Assembly: GCA_010909165.1 (NCBI GenBank) | Contig: MU008163.1 | Span: 1,488,001 to 1,552,000, forward strand | DNA length: 64,000 bases | Direction: 5' to 3' | Origin: Anthoceros angustus | Taxonomy: Eukaryota > Plantae > Anthocerotophyta | Shown here: one piece after another, positions 59,633 through 64,000 of the stretch | How the letters are laid out: each line of letters begins with the position of its first letter | Numbering within the stretch: the first letter of the stretch is position 1 | Translations under genes and position numbers: made by a program | Notes under the pieces: generated by a model | What the model was told of the DNA's origin: nothing | The model's database searches: none | What the model saw: the letters and a program-made list of their open reading frames with translations, nothing else

Positions 59633-62600
59633 ATGGGGGTTCCTTGCTTGGGATTCAGCGGGAGCTGTTGTGGGAGGGTCGGTGATGGTGGGGCTTTCGT
59701 GGTGGTCGGAGGATGGCAGGATGTGGATTTGGGTGCAGGGGTGACAGCTGAGGATGTGAGGAAGCTGTGTGATTGTGGCCACCTTGCCCAGGCTGTGGAG
59801 GCTGTGGGAGTTTTGGTGCGGACGGAACGAGGGGTGTCCAGGTCTGTTTTGTATGATGTGTTGAAGGGATGTGTGGGGAGGAGGGATCTTGTGCTGGGTC
59901 GGAGGGTGCATGGGATGATGGTGAGGCTGGGGTACGAGTCGGATGCGTTCCTGGGCAACCACATGCTGCGGATGTATGCTGGGCATGGCAGGTTGGGGGA
60001 GGTGATGGACGTGTTTGAAGGGGTTGCCAGGAAGGATGCGTTCATGTGGTCTTCGGTGATTTCTGCGCACGTTAAGCGGGGGGAGGACAGGGAGGCTGTT
60101 CAGCTCTATCGACGGATGCGGAGGTCCGGGGTGGTGCCGGATGGGCATGTGTTTGTCGCTGCGCTTCAGGCTTGTGCTAGGGGGGCAGACTTGGAGACTG
60201 GGGAGCAGGTGCATGCGCATGTGTTGGCCGCTGGGGTAGAGCCTGACTTGTTTGTGTGTAACGCCTTGGTGGACATGTATGCCAAGTGTGGGAGCTTGGA
60301 AGACGCTCGGAGAGTGTTCGACGGGCTTGGTCGTCGGAGAGATGTGGTAACGTGGACTGCTCTGATTGCAGGGTATTCTCAGAAGGGGATGGGAGAGGAA
60401 GCGCTTCAGTTGTACTTTGGTATGGAGGAAGAAGGCATCGCTGTACCCAATTCGGTGACGTTTGCGTGCCTCCTGCAAGCATGTGCGGGTGTGGGAGCCC
60501 CAGCTTTGGAGACGGGGAAGAGGCTTCATGCGCAAATCAGAGAACGAGGACACCAGGCTGATGTGTTTGTATCCAACAGTTTGGTGAACATGTATGCCAA
60601 GTGTGGCAGTCTGGAGGACGCTCAAAGAGTGTTTGATGGGCTTGGTACAAAGGATGTGGTGACATGGAATGCCATGATAGCAGGGTACAGCCAGCGGGGC
60701 CTTGGCCAGGAAGCCCTCCTTCTGTACGCGTCTATGCAAGAGGGAGGCATAGCTGTACCCAATTCCGTTACATTTGGGTGCCTCCTGCATGCTTGTTCGA
60801 GTGTGGGCACTCGATGTTTGGACATGGGAAAGCAGCTTCATGTGCAAATCAGAGACCGAGGACTCCAAGATGATGCGGCTCTGGCCACCAATTTGGTGAA
60901 CATGTATGCAAAGTGTGGGAGCTTGGAAGACGCTCAGATGTTGTTTGATAGACTCGGTGAAAAAGAAGTTGTGACATGGAATGCCATGATTGCAGGATAT
61001 TCCCAGCAGGGTATGGGACAGGAAGCCCTTCGTCTTTACAGTGCTATGCAAGAAGACAGCAGCACTGTACCAGATTCTGTGACATTTGCATGCCTCCTGC
61101 AGGCATGTGCAGTTCTGGGTGCCCACGCTTTGGAGGAGGGGAAGCAGCTTCATGCGCAAATTAGAGAACGTGGACATGAAGCTGATGCTTTTGTAGCCAG
61201 CAGTTTGGTGAACATGTATGCAAAGTGTGGCAGCTTGAAAGACGCCCAGGGAGTGTTTGATGCGCTTGGGCGACAGGATGTGGTGACGTGGAATGCCCTG
61301 ATAGCAGGGTTTTCCCGACAGGGCATGGGGCAGGAAGCTCTTCATCTCTACATGAAGTTGTTAGCAGAAGGCATTGCCTCACCTAATTCTGTGACATTTG
61401 TTTGCCTCCTGCAGGCATGTGCAAGTTTAGGCAGCCCAGCCTTGGAGAAGGGGAAGCAGCTTCATGCTCAAATTAGAGAACAAGGACTTCAAGCTGATGT
61501 GTTTGTGGCCAACAGTTTGGTCAACATGTATGCAAAGTGTGGCAGCCTAGGAGATGCTCAGAAACTGTTTGACAGACTTGGTCAAAAGAATGTGGTGACA
61601 TGGAATGCCATGATAGCAGGCTACTCCCAGCAGGGAATGGGCCAGGAAGCCCTTTCTCTTTACAATGCTATGCACGAACAGGGCATGGCTGCAGCAGACG
61701 CTGTGACATTTGTGTGCCTCCTGCAGGCATGTGCAAATGTGGCAGCTTTGCATCTGGGAAGGCAGTTGCATGCACGGATCAAAGAGCAAAGGCTTGAAGC
61801 CGATGTTTTTGTAGGCGGTAGTTTGATAAACATGTATGGAAAGTCCGGCAGCATGGTAGATGCACAGCAGGTGTTTGATGCCTTGTCCCAAAGGGACGAC
61901 GTCACCTGGAGTGCACTGATTGCAGGCTATGCCTCTCAAGGAGATAGTCAAGTGGTCTTCAACTTGTTCCAAAGAATGACGGAGGATGGCATACAGCCAG
62001 TTGGCATCACCTTCCTTAGCGTACTGACAGCGTGCAGTCATGCCGGTCTAGTGAACAAGGGGAGACAGTACTTTGAGGCTATGAGCAGACAGTACAGCAT
62101 AACTCCCTCGGTGGAGCACTACACATGTATGGTGGATCTCCTGGGTCGTGCAGGCCTACTGGAGGAAGCGCTAGCTTTGATAGAGACAATGTCTGTACTG
62201 CCTAACGCTGGAGTTTGGCACACTCTGTTGAACGCTTGCCAAAAGTGGTGCAACTTGGAGGTTGGTCGCCATGCTTTCAATGAGGCTATGAAGCTAGACA
62301 AGAAAGATGCTTCGGCATATGCGCTGATGTCGAACATATACAAGGGTTCCCAGATGTGGGAGCAGGCACAGGAGATGCAGGCAGCGAGAATAAGAACCAG
62401 AGCATGGAAGCAGCTGCCAGGCCAGAGCTGGTGGACAGACATGGACGGACTGGTGCATAGTTTTTTAGTTGGGTATAAGAGGTGCCTTGGGATTTCCAGA
62501 ATGAAGCAAGACGGATACGTTTCACATGTGGACTCGCCACCAGCAGACATCTATGATATTAGAAAGCAAGGTGATTTGTGTTGGCGCAACGAGAAGCTGG

Positions 62601-62695
62601 CTATGGCATCTGTCCTAAACAACACAATCCATGTAACGGCTTATAAGTTTTCAATAGCAACACGTCTCAATGCCACGTCGTCCATGGTGAAGTAG
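59633..62695 (+). CDS. PLS-class PPR protein with E domains and a degenerate DYW-like (WW-type) C-terminus
   Basis: ~7 P-L-S triplets (MYAKCGSLEDA; VVTWNAMIAGYSQ; SVTFACLLQAC); EHYTCMVDLLGRAG; KQLPGQSWWTDMDGLVHSF; LCWRNEKLA. The true start may lie upstream. Confidence 0.93.
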   Translation: MGVPCLGFSGSCCGRVGDGGAFVVVGGWQDVDLGAGVTAEDVRKLCDCGHLAQAVEAVGVLVRTERGVSRSVLYDVLKGCVGRRDLVLGRRVHGMMVRLGYESDAFLGNHMLRMYAGHGRLGEVMDVFEGVARKDAFMWSSVISAHVKRGEDREAVQLYRRMRRSGVVPDGHVFVAALQACARGADLETGEQVHAHVLAAGVEPDLFVCNALVDMYAKCGSLEDARRVFDGLGRRRDVVTWTALIAGYSQKGMGEEALQLYFGMEEEGIAVPNSVTFACLLQACAGVGAPALETGKRLHAQIRERGHQADVFVSNSLVNMYAKCGSLEDAQRVFDGLGTKDVVTWNAMIAGYSQRGLGQEALLLYASMQEGGIAVPNSVTFGCLLHACSSVGTRCLDMGKQLHVQIRDRGLQDDAALATNLVNMYAKCGSLEDAQMLFDRLGEKEVVTWNAMIAGYSQQGMGQEALRLYSAMQEDSSTVPDSVTFACLLQACAVLGAHALEEGKQLHAQIRERGHEADAFVASSLVNMYAKCGSLKDAQGVFDALGRQDVVTWNALIAGFSRQGMGQEALHLYMKLLAEGIASPNSVTFVCLLQACASLGSPALEKGKQLHAQIREQGLQADVFVANSLVNMYAKCGSLGDAQKLFDRLGQKNVVTWNAMIAGYSQQGMGQEALSLYNAMHEQGMAAADAVTFVCLLQACANVAALHLGRQLHARIKEQRLEADVFVGGSLINMYGKSGSMVDAQQVFDALSQRDDVTWSALIAGYASQGDSQVVFNLFQRMTEDGIQPVGITFLSVLTACSHAGLVNKGRQYFEAMSRQYSITPSVEHYTCMVDLLGRAGLLEEALALIETMSVLPNAGVWHTLLNACQKWCNLEVGRHAFNEAMKLDKKDASAYALMSNIYKGSQMWEQAQEMQAARIRTRAWKQLPGQSWWTDMDGLVHSFLVGYKRCLGISRMKQDGYVSHVDSPPADIYDIRKQGDLCWRNEKLAMASVLNNTIHVTAYKFSIATRLNATSSMVK

Positions 62696-63173
62696 AGAAG
62701 CTAACAATAATCAGCATGCCCTGCTCACCTCAACAAAGCCACAGGTGTCGCCGGTTAGGTCTTTGCTAGGTCCATCGGTGGTACCGTCTTGAGGACAACG
62801 AGGAATGTCCCGAGCTCATCCACTCAAAAGATGTTATATATACATGGGTCTCCCATCGAACTTGGAAATCTGATCAGTTCGTCGGATCAACGTTAGGGAC
62901 GGGTTTGATGTGTACACAGTCCCAGACAAACATCGAGAAATCTGACTAGAAACCCCAGACTTCACGCGCAGACTGTTGTGCCTTAGAAGATGCGCCCGTA
63001 GATTGCCGTCATGCTGCTGTCAATCGCGTTTGCTGCTTTAGGTGCTAACGTTTGCAAATTGCAGTTGTTGCTGATGACCTCCTTACACAAATCCGTCCAA
63101 TTCCATGTCGTCTTGCACAGTGACGGGCTGGTGTCTCCTGAATCTATAGGTTCAGGGCGTGCTCCTGAAAGCC

Positions 63174-64000
63174 ATGGCTGTGCGGAGGTTTCTAGAAAGG
63201 GCTCCGGCTCACCTGACTTCATGGAACCAATCTTTGGTAAACGAGAAAGCCGCGATATGGAGCACCGTTGCAAGGAAGCCAGCCCCTCTGTGTCCAGCTG
63301 GACAGGGATATTCCAGCCAGGTTGTAATGGCTGAAACTGTGAGCAAGCTATGTCAGGAGGGCCATCTCGCTGAAGCTGTTCAGGCTTTGGGGGTTCTGGT
63401 GCAGTCAGAGTGTTGTATTTCCAAAGCTCTGTTTTATACCGTACTGAAGAATTGTGTGGCCAACAAGAATCTTGTTCTGGGTCGTATAGTACATGCTTTT
63501 ACCGTGAGAAAGGGATATCAGAGGGACAAGTTCCTGTGCAACCACATCCTGCGAATGTATGCTTCTCATGGCATGTTGCAAGACGCGATGGATGTGTTCA
63601 CCGGGGTGGCTGAACCAGATGCCTTCATGTGGTGTTCCATAATATCTGCACATGTCAAATACGGACAAGTCCAGCAGGCCATACAACTGTATCATCAGAT
63701 GCGCAGATCAAGAGTGCAGCCAGATGGCCATGTATTTGTGGCAATCCTCCAGGCTTGTGCATCAGGACGAGACTTCAAAACTGGGCAGCAGGTGCATGCA
63801 GACGTGTTGGCCAGTGGGATGGAACCTCACTTGTTTGTCTATAATGGCTTGGTGGACATGTATGCAAAGTGTGGCAGGTTGGAATATGCTCAAAGAGTGT
63901 TTGACGGAATTTGTCAAAAAGATGTGGTGACATGGAATGCTATGATGTCAGGCTATTCCCAGCAGGGCATGGGGCAGGAAGCTCTTAATCTCTACTCTTC
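63174..64000 (+). CDS. Second PLS-class PPR protein, paralogous to 59633-62695; runs off the window
   Basis: Open frame from ATG 63174: MAVRRFLERAPAH..MAETVSKLCQEGHLAEAV..DAFMWCSIISAHVK..MYAKCGRLEYAQRVFD..DVVTWNAMMSGYSQQG. Confidence 0.9.
   Translation, partial: MAVRRFLERAPAHLTSWNQSLVNEKAAIWSTVARKPAPLCPAGQGYSSQVVMAETVSKLCQEGHLAEAVQALGVLVQSECCISKALFYTVLKNCVANKNLVLGRIVHAFTVRKGYQRDKFLCNHILRMYASHGMLQDAMDVFTGVAEPDAFMWCSIISAHVKYGQVQQAIQLYHQMRRSRVQPDGHVFVAILQACASGRDFKTGQQVHADVLASGMEPHLFVYNGLVDMYAKCGRLEYAQRVFDGICQKDVVTWNAMMSGYSQQGMGQEALNLYS

Noticed and set aside
59444-61345. 633 aa minus-strand ORF
   Set aside because: Antisense shadow of the repetitive PPR CDS.

Overview
Eukaryotic nuclear DNA from a seed-free land plant. 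A hornwort or relative is the best guess, inferred from long PLS-PPR genes with a 'PGQSWW' box, GC-rich compact genes and RLE-type retrotransposons. Repeated regions carry many 1-3 nt indels, typical of an unpolished long-read assembly, while the unique genes at 51-64 kb are clean. (1) 1-23 kb: a ZNFX1-like SF1 RNA helicase gene (CCCH finger, helicase, NF-X1 fingers, TPRs, RZ-type E3 finger) in a ~6.8 kb inverted duplication, with a zero-spacer palindrome and many microhomology template-switch junctions. This is either a real replicative rearrangement or an amplification/assembly chimera. (2) 23-25 kb: an AT-rich saccharopine-dehydrogenase-like gene. (3) 26-43 kb: a CRE-like non-LTR retrotransposon split by a ~13.8 kb Ty3/gypsy element whose ~4.2 kb LTRs each contain a long degenerate ORF. 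(4) 43-51 kb: a mosaic of gene fragments (PPR, mitochondrial TatB, probable Roc-COR), minisatellites and a pogo-like MITE. (5) 51-64 kb: ordinary genes (GT47 exostosin, IBA57/CAF17, neprosin, two PPR genes). No rRNA, tRNA or CRISPR array was recognised.
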